DNA of 64,000 nucleotides from an uncultured Victivallales bacterium. GTDB taxonomy: Bacteria > Verrucomicrobiota > Kiritimatiellia > UBA8416 > CAYSRM01. The translations under genes and the position numbers were made by a program. The stretch's first letter is position 1. Each line of letters starts with the position of its first letter. Under the pieces are notes generated by a model. The model had not been told where the DNA came from. It saw only the letters and a program-made list of their open reading frames with translations, and did no database searches. Of the stretch, positions 27,586 through 37,973 are shown piece after piece. The DNA lies in assembly GCA_964475205.1 (NCBI GenBank), contig CAYYVQ010000008.1:12038-76037 (forward strand). The letters are read 5' to 3'.

Positions 27586-30500
27586 CTATTCCGCCCCTGT
27601 TTTGAGATCAACCACCTGAGCCGAGCGCGTGAAAACCAGCTTCAATGAAACAGGCCTCGCTGGAATGCACAGCATTTTCCGAAGCGCTTTTTCATAGGTT
27701 TCCAATTGAGATCTGTATTTTTCAGACGTCTTCACGGCATCAGCACGCCCATCAATCCCATCGCTCTTGAAATCGATAATAGTGGCAGCGGATACCCGAC
27801 CTTCACGGCCATAACTGATGACAACCCTGTCAAACGCGCCGGAAACAAGTTTGCTGCCCATGATCATCTCAAATCTTTTTTCCCTCCACAGCAACTGCTC
27901 TCCGGGCCCTTTACGCAAAACATTTTTCACGGCATGAGCCCTCAACGCAGCTCGAAACTCAGGAACAGCCGCCTCCACAACACGAGGCGGGGGGTTCTCT
28001 TCCTCAAGCCAGCGTCCTACAACATCATCTTCATCTGTCTGCTCAATCCATCCCACCTTCTCGAATAAGGAGTGAATCGCCGTGCCTATTTCCATCGAAA
28101 GCCTGCGGCGAATATCGAAAATAAACGATATTCCATCCGTCGGCTCCTCGCTCCGCGATGGCTCCATTCTTTCCAGCTTTCGCTTTCCTATATGTACCGG
28201 CTTGTCTTCCCCTGAAACGGATACGGCCTGGTCCGGCTCCTCGAGAGGCAACTCATCGTGCCAGTCCCTTTTCCCTGCCTCATAAACAACCGACAGCTCA
28301 TGTTCTCCAAGGCGCACACGAACAGAATCGTCAATCCCGGCTTTACCGGAAAGACGACTGCACAGAAACGCTCCGGCAGTATGCTCCCCGACATCCTGAA
28401 GCGTTACCATGTATAAAGCCCTTTTGGCGCGCGTTAGCCCCACATAAAGCGTACATAACTCGCCGTAACACCGCCTGGCTCTTTCCGCCTCAAGGGCCTC
28501 GTTTAAAAACGGATCCCCTTCGACTATCACCTTGCGAGGCATCTTCAACAACCAGTCCGGATCTTCCTGGCGGCCACCGGCCAGAAGTCTATCGAATTTC
28601 GGTCTGAAAAGCGCGTTGCCCAGAAGATCAGGCAATATAACCACGTCAAAATCAAGACCCTTGGCCTGGTGAAAGGTCATAACCCGAACAGCAGAAATCG
28701 TCGCTTCCTCGTGCCTGGTATAATTGTCAATAAAATTAAGAAAAGCATTGCAGTCAGGATCATGAGAGACGTCAAACTCGCCTGCCGCAACACTGAAATC
28801 TTCAATACGCAAACGCTCAAAATCATCAAGCTCAACAACTTCCCGAAGAACCTGACTCCAGTAGATCACAAACCTTCGGAAACCTTCTTCATGGATCATA
28901 TTCTGAAGTTTCAGCACGGTATTTTCTCCGGCCAACCCGCCCTGCCGCAGGTTTTCTGCAAGAGGACTCATCTCAATGTGCCTCCAGGCGGCGCTATCGC
29001 CGGGATGCGCCGCAATTCTGACAAGAGAAAGAATAAGTTCCACTACCGCATTATCCCGTATCGCGGCTTTACCCTCGTTTACAACCGGCGCCTGCGGGCA
29101 TTGGCTCCTGAGGATATTCACCAGGTCCCTGCCTTCCTTATTTGTCCTTACCAGGACAGCCACAGACAACCCCCTTTCCAGCGGGCTGGTCTGGTTGATT
29201 AGGGCGGCAACCGACTGGTAAACCGATTTTCCCGACTTATTGCTGTTTTTCTTTTTTGGAACCGTAAGCATACAGGCATATCCGGTTTCCGGGACATGCT
29301 GATTGTTGTAAGAATGCACCGACCATGCCATATTCCATTCGTCAACCGCCTCGGGGGGCAGGCCGGAGTTTCCCAGATTGCCGAAAACAGTGTTAACCGT
29401 GTCAATCACCGGCTTCGCCGATCTGAATGATTCTGTGAGGGGCTCCTGTTCAATGTTGCCGCTGAATCGGTCAAGCAGACGCCGGAAGAGTTTATGGTTA
29501 CCCCCTCGCCATCCATAGATAGCCTGCTTGACGTCGCCTACATAGAAAAAACTTCGTTCCCCGGTTGTGTCCTGAATCACTTCATCGGCAAGGTTTGCCA
29601 GCGAGTTCCATTGCAGATTACTCGTATCCTGGAATTCGTCCAGGAGCCAGTGATCAAGCCTGCAATTCAGCCTGTAATCTATGTAGAGCCTGTTAAGAGT
29701 GTCAATAGTCCGGCTGATTTGCGCACCCTCTGAACCTGCCCTGCTAAGCAAGCGCTGAACGTCTTCGAATGTAAGGTTGCCCCCGGCCAATGCCATATCA
29801 TTATATACATTCGAATAATGGTCCAGCACCTTGTGCAGACCTTTTGTCTGGTTTATGCACCTGTCAATTTCAACTCTCATTATGTTCGAAAGAAGTTTAA
29901 AAAGATTTCCGGAAATTCGTCCGGGCACATGATACTCTTTGCGTCTGTAATGAAGATCGGCGCTTCCTCTGGACAGAGACAATATTTGCGACATGAGATC
30001 TTCAAAGACAACGTTCTCTATACTGCTGTCCCACAGAGAATTCGTGTCATAATTGGCGGCGAAATCCACAATCCTTTCAAGACTTTCAGCCATGCGGGAC
30101 GGCGCGCCCGTATCCTTTACCCATTCCTTGACCGCGTTTTCGGCCTGCCCAAGCTTCCGGGTTTTCTCCTGCCACGGTTTCCCTGTCGGCCATATCAGCT
30201 CTTCGTTGCCCCATCGATGAAAATCCGGGGCGAGATCGTAATACGATTTCATCGCGCTTATGAACTGGTCCAGGTTCTTTCCAAGATCCTTTTCTTCGTA
30301 ACCAAACGTAGCCTGCTTGAATGCTTCGAAAAACCTTTTCTGAGCGCGGATTCCAACAAGAGAAGGGTTTAATATTCTTCCCAGCGCCTTCTGCCTCATA
30401 AGCTGCGCCGTTGCGCCTTCATTGTCGAAAACCCGGAAATCGGGCGCAACCCCAAGCTCAAGTGGAAAGGTCCGCACAATGCCTATAAGAAAGCTGTCAA

Positions 30501-30813
30501 GGGTTGCTATATTCAAATTGTGCAGTTCGCCCAGAAAATTGCGCAGACAACGGAGAAAAGCCGGGCATCCGTCTGTTTTCCGCCCAATAACAGCTTCAAC
30601 CTGCTTTGCTTTTTCTTCGTTTGTAGCAGCTTCACAGAGATTGCGCACAATACTCTCAAATATCTCGCCGGCAGCTTTTCTGGAAAAAGTCAGAGCACAG
30701 ATCCGCGAAGGAGACACATCCGCAAGAATAAGGTTGATATACCGGTGAGCCAGGCGAAAAGTCTTCCCGGTCCCGGCAGAAGCGGAAATCGCCGTATTCC
30801 GTATGGGTTTCAT
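27586..30813 (-). CDS. addA: ATP-dependent helicase/nuclease subunit A (UvrD-family helicase with C-terminal PD-(D/E)XK nuclease)
   Basis: Walker A ASAGTGKT, UvrD helicase motifs and a C-terminal RecB-family nuclease motif (IIDFKSD...YRSQLETY). Confidence 0.75.
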   Translation of the reverse strand: MKPIRNTAISASAGTGKTFRLAHRYINLILADVSPSRICALTFSRKAAGEIFESIVRNLCEAATNEEKAKQVEAVIGRKTDGCPAFLRCLRNFLGELHNLNIATLDSFLIGIVRTFPLELGVAPDFRVFDNEGATAQLMRQKALGRILNPSLVGIRAQKRFFEAFKQATFGYEEKDLGKNLDQFISAMKSYYDLAPDFHRWGNEELIWPTGKPWQEKTRKLGQAENAVKEWVKDTGAPSRMAESLERIVDFAANYDTNSLWDSSIENVVFEDLMSQILSLSRGSADLHYRRKEYHVPGRISGNLFKLLSNIMRVEIDRCINQTKGLHKVLDHYSNVYNDMALAGGNLTFEDVQRLLSRAGSEGAQISRTIDTLNRLYIDYRLNCRLDHWLLDEFQDTSNLQWNSLANLADEVIQDTTGERSFFYVGDVKQAIYGWRGGNHKLFRRLLDRFSGNIEQEPLTESFRSAKPVIDTVNTVFGNLGNSGLPPEAVDEWNMAWSVHSYNNQHVPETGYACMLTVPKKKNSNKSGKSVYQSVAALINQTSPLERGLSVAVLVRTNKEGRDLVNILRSQCPQAPVVNEGKAAIRDNAVVELILSLVRIAAHPGDSAAWRHIEMSPLAENLRQGGLAGENTVLKLQNMIHEEGFRRFVIYWSQVLREVVELDDFERLRIEDFSVAAGEFDVSHDPDCNAFLNFIDNYTRHEEATISAVRVMTFHQAKGLDFDVVILPDLLGNALFRPKFDRLLAGGRQEDPDWLLKMPRKVIVEGDPFLNEALEAERARRCYGELCTLYVGLTRAKRALYMVTLQDVGEHTAGAFLCSRLSGKAGIDDSVRVRLGEHELSVVYEAGKRDWHDELPLEEPDQAVSVSGEDKPVHIGKRKLERMEPSRSEEPTDGISFIFDIRRRLSMEIGTAIHSLFEKVGWIEQTDEDDVVGRWLEEENPPPRVVEAAVPEFRAALRAHAVKNVLRKGPGEQLLWREKRFEMIMGSKLVSGAFDRVVISYGREGRVSAATIIDFKSDGIDGRADAVKTSEKYRSQLETYEKALRKMLCIPARPVSLKLVFTRSAQVVDLKTGAE

Positions 30814-33638
30814 TCTGCGGCCCCCTGTTCAACCGGGAGAAAACAGTCGGCAGAATCACCATAAAAAAGATTGGAAAAATCATCCTCCCGGCCAACAGCT
30901 TGCGAAGGGGGCCAGAAAATGCCGTCCTTAATACGGCAAATAACTTTTTTTGCGCAGTCAATGGCAGAAGCCTCAGTCTCTTTGCCGAAGTTACGCCACA
31001 TCAAAATGCCGGTCTCGGTGACAGCCTTGGGCAGATTGAAGTAGCCTGGCTCAATCAAGCCGGTCCCGCCGGATTCCTCGGCAAACATTCTCACATAAAG
31101 GGGTAGTTGAAGATCAACCCACCTGCCCTTTTTCGTTCCTGTCGCCGCAAGCATATATGCCGGCGTATCGGCGTCCGCCCTCTTAATGTGTTCACGCTCA
31201 GGCAAGCGGCCCCGGTCTGTTGTCTTATAATCCAGCAAGCGTAACGCGCCGGTCTCTCTATGCCTGTCAACCCTGTCAATCTGGCCCTTGATCTTAACTC
31301 CGCATACTTCCATTTCGCATGGCTGTTCCCAGCTTATTATCTCCCAACCTTCGGCGACAAGTTCAGCGTGCCGCGCTGCGGCGGCCTTGAGCCGCTGAAC
31401 CGCCGCATCAAGAGCTATCTCAACAGGCAAAGGCAATAATCTGCCATAACAGGACACAACCCATGACTCTGCATTCCGGGCAAGGAAAGCCGAAAGGGCT
31501 TTCTCATCTTCGCAGCCGCGGTATTCCTTGCTTTCGGCCATATTTTTCAAAGCGTGGTGAACAAGAATCCCGAAATCCAAGGCATCAGGCCCGGCTTTTT
31601 CATCAGTGATTTTCTCCATTTCAAGAACATGCTTGAGATAAAAGCGGAAAGGACAGGCAAAGTAATCCCGGAAGGCGGTCACACTCAGTTGCCGCAGCGC
31701 CCTGCTGTCTCTGCGTATATCCGGGAAATTTGGATTGAGACGGAAGCTGATTGAATGCGGACAGTTGATCCTGCGCGAAGGAATATGGGCAAAAAGCCTC
31801 GAAGCCCTGTCAACCAGTTCCGCATCCTTGCAGCGGAAAAGCAGACGGGAAGGCTTCAACGGGTCTCCCTGCGCGGATGTCCTGCCAACAAGAAAAACTG
31901 CCCGTCCGCTTTTTCTCCGGCTTTCAATCAAGGTCTTCATGATAAAAGCGTCCCTGGCCAGTCTGGTTTCATCATTCCTCATCCCGAGTTTTTTTCTGAA
32001 ATCGTCAGGCAGAAAAACATCCTGCACCCTCGTGTCAGGCACAAATCCTTCATTCATTCCTGTCACCACCAGGAAAGGGGCATCATTGAAAGTAAGCTCA
32101 AGCCATCCTTCCATGTCCAGCAACGCATCTGCGCGATCGCTCCTGTAAGTCTGGTTCGCCAGTCTTGAGGCAAGAAGTTCCAGTCTGTCCCGCAGTTCGA
32201 TACCATCAAGCACAGATCCTGCATTTTCACTGAATTCATGGAGAACATCGTCAACAGCAGCGGCGGCGTTAATGAACTCGTTCCGCCGGGAGGCTCGCTC
32301 GGCAGTGTGTATCGAGAGAATATCCATAAGAAAGGCTCGAAGCGCCTCCTCGGGAGGCGAATCCGAGAACTGTTTCACCTGCCTGGAAATCACCCCGACA
32401 GCTTTGGCAAAAGCAGGAAACTGCTTCTCTCCGGCAGGATTATTCAATAGAAAATCAGCCATAGCCGTGAAATCAAGCGGCAGATGTTTGTTCTGAAAAG
32501 CGTCCATCTCCTTGAGCACAGAATCGGCGGCTATTCCAACAGTCTTGCGCAGATACTCAAGAACATAGGGATGCCTGAGATAAGCCGCCACTGCCGGGTA
32601 ACCGCCTTCACGCACAAGATCAAACACCCGCTCTATCAATCGCCACAACGGATGGCCGGAAATCGGCTGGTCCGCCGGATCAAAAGCAGAAAGTCCATGG
32701 TTCGAAAATTCGGTATCCAGAAAAGGAATTAAAGATCTGTCCGGGACGGCCAGGGAAAACGAATCAGCATCAGAAGGCGATTCTTCACGAATCAAGGCCA
32801 CAACCTTTGCCGCCTGTTCTGAAGGGTCCGCGCAGGAAATCAGATTGCGACGCTCCTCGGGTATCACTATCTCTTCCTCGCGCCACCTGACCGGTATGGG
32901 CCTTCCCCATTTGTCAAAATGCCCGGCATATTCCCCGGGCGCATGAATCAGAACACAAACCGGCATCGCCCGGGCAAGCGCTTCCAATGCCGCCACAGCC
33001 AGCCGGGGAGGGTCAGGAACTCCGGCAAGCGTAATGCGCCGGGCATCCTTGCCCGGAAAAGGCGATTTCGCCCTGTTAATTTTGTAAACACAGGGATCCT
33101 GCATGCCCGTCTCGCCTATCTTTTCCAGGTACAAACGCTCAAGCCGGGCCAGATCACGCCATCTTTCCGGTTCTTGCAGGTTTTCTGCCTGCAAAGCAAA
33201 CAGACCGCCAATTGTAATTCCGGCATCGCTGAGTTCGTTGCGCAGAGACTGTATCAGGTCGCCGGTCCGGACCGCCCATGATATGTTCTGTTCGGGAACA
33301 GGTCCCGGGAAAAAACCGGAGTACTCTGCCGGGTCGATATCAATAAGCAACCGGCACCATGCCGCTGAAATTGCCGCAGGAGAAGCCAACTGCGAATTGC
33401 CTTTGGCTTTAAGAAAAAAAGTAGGCTCAACAGTTGCCGGAGGCAACAAGGTTGCGCCCGATTCTTCGCACCTCACTGCCAGTGCTTCCCTCAGCCTTCG
33501 CCCCGCGTGCCGAGTCGGAACCACCACAATGTCCCTTTCAAGATTTACCGGAGACTCATGCCGGCTGCTAAGCAGAAAATCACAGGCGCTGTGAGTAAAG
33601 GCTTTGTCCCATCCAAGAAAATGGCGTTCTACAGGCAT
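30810..33638 (-). CDS. addB: Helicase-nuclease complex subunit B-like (inactivated helicase fold plus PD-(D/E)XK nuclease)
   Basis: 942 aa, immediately upstream of addA with a 4-nt overlap. The C-terminal nuclease motif is RLLDYKTTDRGRL...LQLPLY. No Fe-S cysteine cluster is seen, as in alphaproteobacterial-type AddB. Confidence 0.65.
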   Translation of the reverse strand: MPVERHFLGWDKAFTHSACDFLLSSRHESPVNLERDIVVVPTRHAGRRLREALAVRCEESGATLLPPATVEPTFFLKAKGNSQLASPAAISAAWCRLLIDIDPAEYSGFFPGPVPEQNISWAVRTGDLIQSLRNELSDAGITIGGLFALQAENLQEPERWRDLARLERLYLEKIGETGMQDPCVYKINRAKSPFPGKDARRITLAGVPDPPRLAVAALEALARAMPVCVLIHAPGEYAGHFDKWGRPIPVRWREEEIVIPEERRNLISCADPSEQAAKVVALIREESPSDADSFSLAVPDRSLIPFLDTEFSNHGLSAFDPADQPISGHPLWRLIERVFDLVREGGYPAVAAYLRHPYVLEYLRKTVGIAADSVLKEMDAFQNKHLPLDFTAMADFLLNNPAGEKQFPAFAKAVGVISRQVKQFSDSPPEEALRAFLMDILSIHTAERASRRNEFINAAAAVDDVLHEFSENAGSVLDGIELRDRLELLASRLANQTYRSDRADALLDMEGWLELTFNDAPFLVVTGMNEGFVPDTRVQDVFLPDDFRKKLGMRNDETRLARDAFIMKTLIESRRKSGRAVFLVGRTSAQGDPLKPSRLLFRCKDAELVDRASRLFAHIPSRRINCPHSISFRLNPNFPDIRRDSRALRQLSVTAFRDYFACPFRFYLKHVLEMEKITDEKAGPDALDFGILVHHALKNMAESKEYRGCEDEKALSAFLARNAESWVVSCYGRLLPLPVEIALDAAVQRLKAAAARHAELVAEGWEIISWEQPCEMEVCGVKIKGQIDRVDRHRETGALRLLDYKTTDRGRLPEREHIKRADADTPAYMLAATGTKKGRWVDLQLPLYVRMFAEESGGTGLIEPGYFNLPKAVTETGILMWRNFGKETEASAIDCAKKVICRIKDGIFWPPSQAVGREDDFSNLFYGDSADCFLPVEQGAAE

Positions 33639-33648
33639 CGCCCCCCCG

Positions 33649-34185
33649 TTACTTAAGAAAATCAGGACGTAGTTTCTGTACTCTCTGGACCGCCCCTGGC
33701 GGCATGTGTATGCCTTTGTCCGCTTTGTGCTTATCGATAAATTTCAAAAGGTGTTTCTGATTCAAGATGTTGACGTGGGAAAGTTGAAAAGGCCTGACAC
33801 GCGTATTCGTAAACACGAGAGCTGCATGAACCCAGACCTTACGGCCAGTTTTATTGACTATAAAATCTTTCAGCCAACTGGTTTTATCGGCAACCAGCGG
33901 AATAATAGTTTGATCCGGAACTCCGTTTATCAGCAACTGGTGATCATCTGTGCCAACCCGTCCGGGATTGTCCCGTGATTCTATTAGAACTACAGAGCCC
34001 TGAGCTGTTTCAACAACAAACTCAATACGCCCATGCTCTGAATCAACATCGCAAAAAACCGTATAGTCTTCCGGAAGATACTCAAGCTGATGGAAAACCA
34101 GGTCATGAGCCACAAGACCGGGGCCGTTAAAACCATCCGCCCCGGATCTTTTCATAAAGAAATTCTTGAGCCCCATATACCTCAT
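33649..34185 (-). CDS. NERD-domain protein (nuclease-related domain)
   Basis: GLVAHDLVFHQLEYLPEDYTVFCDVDSEHGRIEFVVETAQGSVVLIESRD matches the NERD core. The start was chosen at MRYMGLK for its GGAGGAACG ribosome-binding site. Confidence 0.6.
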   Translation of the reverse strand: MRYMGLKNFFMKRSGADGFNGPGLVAHDLVFHQLEYLPEDYTVFCDVDSEHGRIEFVVETAQGSVVLIESRDNPGRVGTDDHQLLINGVPDQTIIPLVADKTSWLKDFIVNKTGRKVWVHAALVFTNTRVRPFQLSHVNILNQKHLLKFIDKHKADKGIHMPPGAVQRVQKLRPDFLK

Positions 34186-34541
34186 CGTTCCTCCGCAATG
34201 GCAGGTCACCCGGCCCCGGAAGAAAACCCCCCGCGCCGACAACATGCTTCACTGAAATATTTCCCCTGCAACCAGGCAAAACTTGATTCATAATAATACA
34301 TGCAAAAGACACACAGGGCAAGAGACCATAAAAGATACCGGCAATATTCATGGCCCGGAGCGGAAAAAGACGGCAGGCAAAAAAGCTGATAAAACTGCTT
34401 GTATTAACATTGCTTAAACATAAAAATAGCATTGTCGGCTGGCAAAGACAAAAGACAAAGAGAAACGGGGGGTTATTTAACCCTTTTTGAAGAAAGCGCA
34501 GCCGGCGCCATTTTTAACCCGCAACAGGAGGAACAGAAAAA

Positions 34542-34814
34542 ATGACGAAAACTCAGACCATTGCAGAGCTGGCGGAGCGCACGGGAGTGTCAAAGGCCCA
34601 GGTATCGGATCTTCTGGAAGAACAGGCTAAACTGGCATACAAGGAAGCCCGGAATGGTTTTACCATTCCCGGAATAGGGAAACTTGTGCTGGTTAACCGC
34701 AAGGCGCGTATGGGCAGAAATCCGGCGACAGGCGAGGAGATTCATATTCCCGCCAAGACCGCTGTGAAATTCCGCGTAGCCAAAGCTTGCAAAGACGCAG
34801 TGCTGTCCGGCTGA
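34542..34814 (+). CDS. HU-family DNA-binding protein
   Basis: 90 aa. The HU/IHF arm motif (RKARMGRNPATGEEIHIPAKTAVKFR) and a strong AGGAGG ribosome-binding site. Confidence 0.9.
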   Translation: MTKTQTIAELAERTGVSKAQVSDLLEEQAKLAYKEARNGFTIPGIGKLVLVNRKARMGRNPATGEEIHIPAKTAVKFRVAKACKDAVLSG

Positions 34815-34877
34815 ACAAAACAGCGTTTGTGTAATGCATGGGACAACCTCATGCAATGCACAAACAAACTTGCGCAG

Positions 34878-34931
34878 GCGGGAAACAATTGCTATAGTTT
34901 AAAGCTACAGGCAATGTTTCCCGCCTTTTTT
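34878..34931 (+). terminator. Putative Rho-independent terminator after the HU gene
   Basis: GGCGGGAAACA...TGTTTCCCGCC is an 11-bp stem, followed by TTTTTTT. Confidence 0.55.
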
Positions 34932-34958
34932 TGGCTTTGAACTGATAGATTGATACAC

Positions 34959-37136
34959 ATGTTTAATAGAAAATTCTGCCGCCTTTCTTCAATTTCGCTC
35001 GGCTTCATAGCCGCTGTTCTGCTCGGCTCTACAGCAAGAGCTGACAGTCTGAGGCCCAAAGAGGACTTCTCCACTATAGCAAGAGTTTTCGCGGCAAAGT
35101 TTCCTCGCGAGCATCTCTCAAGAGCAAGGCTCAATGATACAATCGCAGCAACAGCCTGGACCAACTACCTGGCCTCCATGGATTTTGACCGAGTCTACTT
35201 TCTGGACTCGGATATAGAAGACTTTAGAAAGCGCCAGAAACTTCTCGACGATCAGATAAAAGCGGGAAAAGTGGATTTCGCCTACGAGGTATTCAAAATC
35301 TACAAAGAACGTGTTCAGGATCGGTTCGAATATGTCAAACAACTTCTCGAAAAAGGGTTCGACCTTGAAAAAGACGAAGAATACAGGTGGAGAAGAAAGG
35401 ATGCGCCATGGCCGCAGGACAGGAAAGAATGGGACGAAATATGGCGCAAAAAAATAAAAAATGACTACGTCCAGAGCCTGGCAAGAAGAGAACTTGCCGA
35501 GCTGGAAAAAGGAAAAAAAGATTCAGAAAAACCCGAACCTGAAACCAAGGGAGAAAAGGAGGAAAATGGGGATAGCCTGAAACCGCTTGCCCCGGCAGAA
35601 GAGATCATCAAGCAATACAAACAGCTCAATACTGTATTGCAGGATTACGATGCCGAATGGGTTCTGGAACGGTATCTTACGGCTTTTGCCCATGCTTACG
35701 ATCCTCATTCCGGATACTTGTCTCCAAGTTCCGTTGAAGATTTCAACATAGAAATGAAACTCTCGCTCGTTGGAATCGGCGCCTTATTGAAGTCTGCCGA
35801 AGGCACCGCCGAAATAGTCAGGGTTATCCCCGGCGGACCAGCAGACAAAGACGGCCGGCTTCAGCCCGGAGACAGAATTATTGCCGTGGCACAGGGAGAT
35901 GAAGAACCCACAGACATCCGGCATCTCCCTTTAAACAAAACTGTCCGTCTTATACGCGGCGAAAAAGGCACCAGGGTCATCCTGACCGTAATCCCGGCAT
36001 CGGACCCTACAGCCTCCACATCAAAAAAAATAGATATTATAAGGGATACGGTAGAACTCGAGGAACAGGCCGCAAAGTATCACATTGAAGAAATAACCCA
36101 CGAAGAAACATCCTTCAGACTCGGTGTGGTCAGGTTGCCTAATTTTTATGCAGATGTTGAAGCCAGCATGCAAAACAAGAAAGACTACCGCAGTTCCTCC
36201 AGGGATGTCCGGAAAATTCTGGACCAGCTCAGAGAGGAGAATGTGGACGGGCTCCTTCTCGATCTCCGCAATAACGGGGGGGGCTACCTGCCTGAAGCCG
36301 TGAACATGACAGGGCTGTTCATCAAAACCGGACCTGTTGTTCAAATACGAAAGGGCTGGCGAAAAAGCTGGCTTGGAGATCAGGATCCTTCAGCCAGCTA
36401 CTCCGGACCGATGGTAGTGCTGGTTAACCGCCTGAGCGCTTCGGCAACTGAAATTCTGGCCGGCGCTCTGCAGGACTACGGACGGGCAATAATCGTAGGC
36501 GATTCCAAAACACACGGAAAAGGATCCGTGCAAGCCATTGCGGATCTGGACGAAAATGAAAACCATGGAAAAATAAAGGTTACTACGTCCCTTTTCTATC
36601 GCATTTCGGGAGCATCAACACAACTTAAGGGCATAACACCGGATATCATCCTGCCTTCGCCTTCAGATTACATGAAAATAGGCGAAGATCATCTTCAAAA
36701 TGCCATTGAATGGACCCGCACCCATCCCGCGCATTATGAACCCCTGGCTGACCTGAGCCAGACAACGACACAACTGCGAAGGAAATCGCGTCAGCGGCGT
36801 AACTCGAATCCCGGCTTTGAAAAATATACCGGATTGTTACAGAAAATCGAAAAAATGTATGATAGCGGAAAAGTACCGCTGCAACTTGAAAAACGCATAA
36901 AACTAGCAACCACCGAACACAAGGTTTCCGAACTTCAAGAGGAGCTTTCTGAGTGGGAAAGGGAGGAACCAGATACAAAAAACGATGTGGTGCTTGCCGA
37001 GAGTCTCAAAATCCTTGCTGACCTGAGCCAGATGCAAGGCAAACAACCCTACCCTTACCTCGCAAGCAATCCGGGAAACAATACAAAAGATATCTCTGAA
37101 ACTTTATCCGAATGGCTCGACATGTTTTTCAAATGA
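34959..37136 (+). CDS. Carboxy-terminal processing protease, S41 family (tail-specific protease Prc-like) with PDZ domain
   Basis: PDZ domain (GIGALLKSAEGTAEIVRVIPGGPADKDGRLQPGDRIIAV), the S41 catalytic region (GGGYLPEAV...NRLSASATEILAGALQ...GKGS) and a signal peptide. Confidence 0.8.
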   Translation: MFNRKFCRLSSISLGFIAAVLLGSTARADSLRPKEDFSTIARVFAAKFPREHLSRARLNDTIAATAWTNYLASMDFDRVYFLDSDIEDFRKRQKLLDDQIKAGKVDFAYEVFKIYKERVQDRFEYVKQLLEKGFDLEKDEEYRWRRKDAPWPQDRKEWDEIWRKKIKNDYVQSLARRELAELEKGKKDSEKPEPETKGEKEENGDSLKPLAPAEEIIKQYKQLNTVLQDYDAEWVLERYLTAFAHAYDPHSGYLSPSSVEDFNIEMKLSLVGIGALLKSAEGTAEIVRVIPGGPADKDGRLQPGDRIIAVAQGDEEPTDIRHLPLNKTVRLIRGEKGTRVILTVIPASDPTASTSKKIDIIRDTVELEEQAAKYHIEEITHEETSFRLGVVRLPNFYADVEASMQNKKDYRSSSRDVRKILDQLREENVDGLLLDLRNNGGGYLPEAVNMTGLFIKTGPVVQIRKGWRKSWLGDQDPSASYSGPMVVLVNRLSASATEILAGALQDYGRAIIVGDSKTHGKGSVQAIADLDENENHGKIKVTTSLFYRISGASTQLKGITPDIILPSPSDYMKIGEDHLQNAIEWTRTHPAHYEPLADLSQTTTQLRRKSRQRRNSNPGFEKYTGLLQKIEKMYDSGKVPLQLEKRIKLATTEHKVSELQEELSEWEREEPDTKNDVVLAESLKILADLSQMQGKQPYPYLASNPGNNTKDISETLSEWLDMFFK

Positions 37137-37144
37137 GGAGCTGA

Positions 37145-37957
37145 ATGATTATACCATTTTCAAAAATGCATGGCGCAGGCAATGACTTCATCCTTGTGGA
37201 TGACCGCAGTAACACCTTCCCTTTTGAAGACCGCCAATGGCTTGCAGAAACAGCCGCCCGGCGAACCGGAGTGGGCTGCGAAGGAATTATCGGCGTTCAG
37301 CAATCGGAAACAGCGGACTTCAGGATGCGGTTTTTTAATCCCGACGGTTGCGAAGTTGAAATGTGCGGCAACGGCGCAAGATGCGTTGCAAGGTACGCAT
37401 TCGATAGAAAACTGGCTCCTGAACACATGCGCATTGAAACTGCTGCCGGCATCCTGGAAGCACAAATCCAGGATCCAGACGTTAAACTGTTAATGACAAA
37501 ACCCGACAAACTTGCAATCAACCTTAAACTCTTTTTTGACAAAGATGAGCTCTCCTATGGTTTTGCCAATACAGGAGTTCCTCATGTCGTGATAAAGGTC
37601 CCCGAACTCAGGGAATTTGACGTCAAAGGCATCGGCGCAAAAATCCGTTATCACGAGGATTTCCGCCCAAAGGGCACAAATGCCAACTTTATTGCTATCG
37701 ACGGTCCGGGCGAAATATCCGTGCGCACATACGAACGAGGAGTGGAAGATGAAACCCTCGCCTGCGGTACAGGAATCACAGCGGCGGCAATAATCGCATG
37801 CCTTTCGGGCGAGGTATCGCCCCCGGTATCAGTAAATACAGCAGGGGGAGACAAGCTTGTTGTGGATTTACGACTGCAGGGAAATGAGGCGGAAAACGTT
37901 TCTCTTCTGGGCCCTGCCGTTTATACCTTTAACGGCGAACTGGAATATAACTCCTGA
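37145..37957 (+). CDS. dapF: Diaminopimelate epimerase
   Basis: MHGAGNDFILVD N-terminus plus catalytic cysteines (MCGNGARC, ACGTG). Confidence 0.9.
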   Translation: MIIPFSKMHGAGNDFILVDDRSNTFPFEDRQWLAETAARRTGVGCEGIIGVQQSETADFRMRFFNPDGCEVEMCGNGARCVARYAFDRKLAPEHMRIETAAGILEAQIQDPDVKLLMTKPDKLAINLKLFFDKDELSYGFANTGVPHVVIKVPELREFDVKGIGAKIRYHEDFRPKGTNANFIAIDGPGEISVRTYERGVEDETLACGTGITAAAIIACLSGEVSPPVSVNTAGGDKLVVDLRLQGNEAENVSLLGPAVYTFNGELEYNS

Positions 37958-37973
37958 ACAAACCTAACACTGA

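Noticed and set aside
27586-33638. Reading the UvrD-helicase plus PD-(D/E)XK-nuclease gene pair as a phage-defence module
   Set aside because: Gene order (B then A), the sizes (942 and 1075 aa), the 4-nt overlap and the housekeeping neighbourhood (rpsT, HU, dapF, xth) fit the AddAB recombination-repair complex better. Only the leading NERD gene is flagged.
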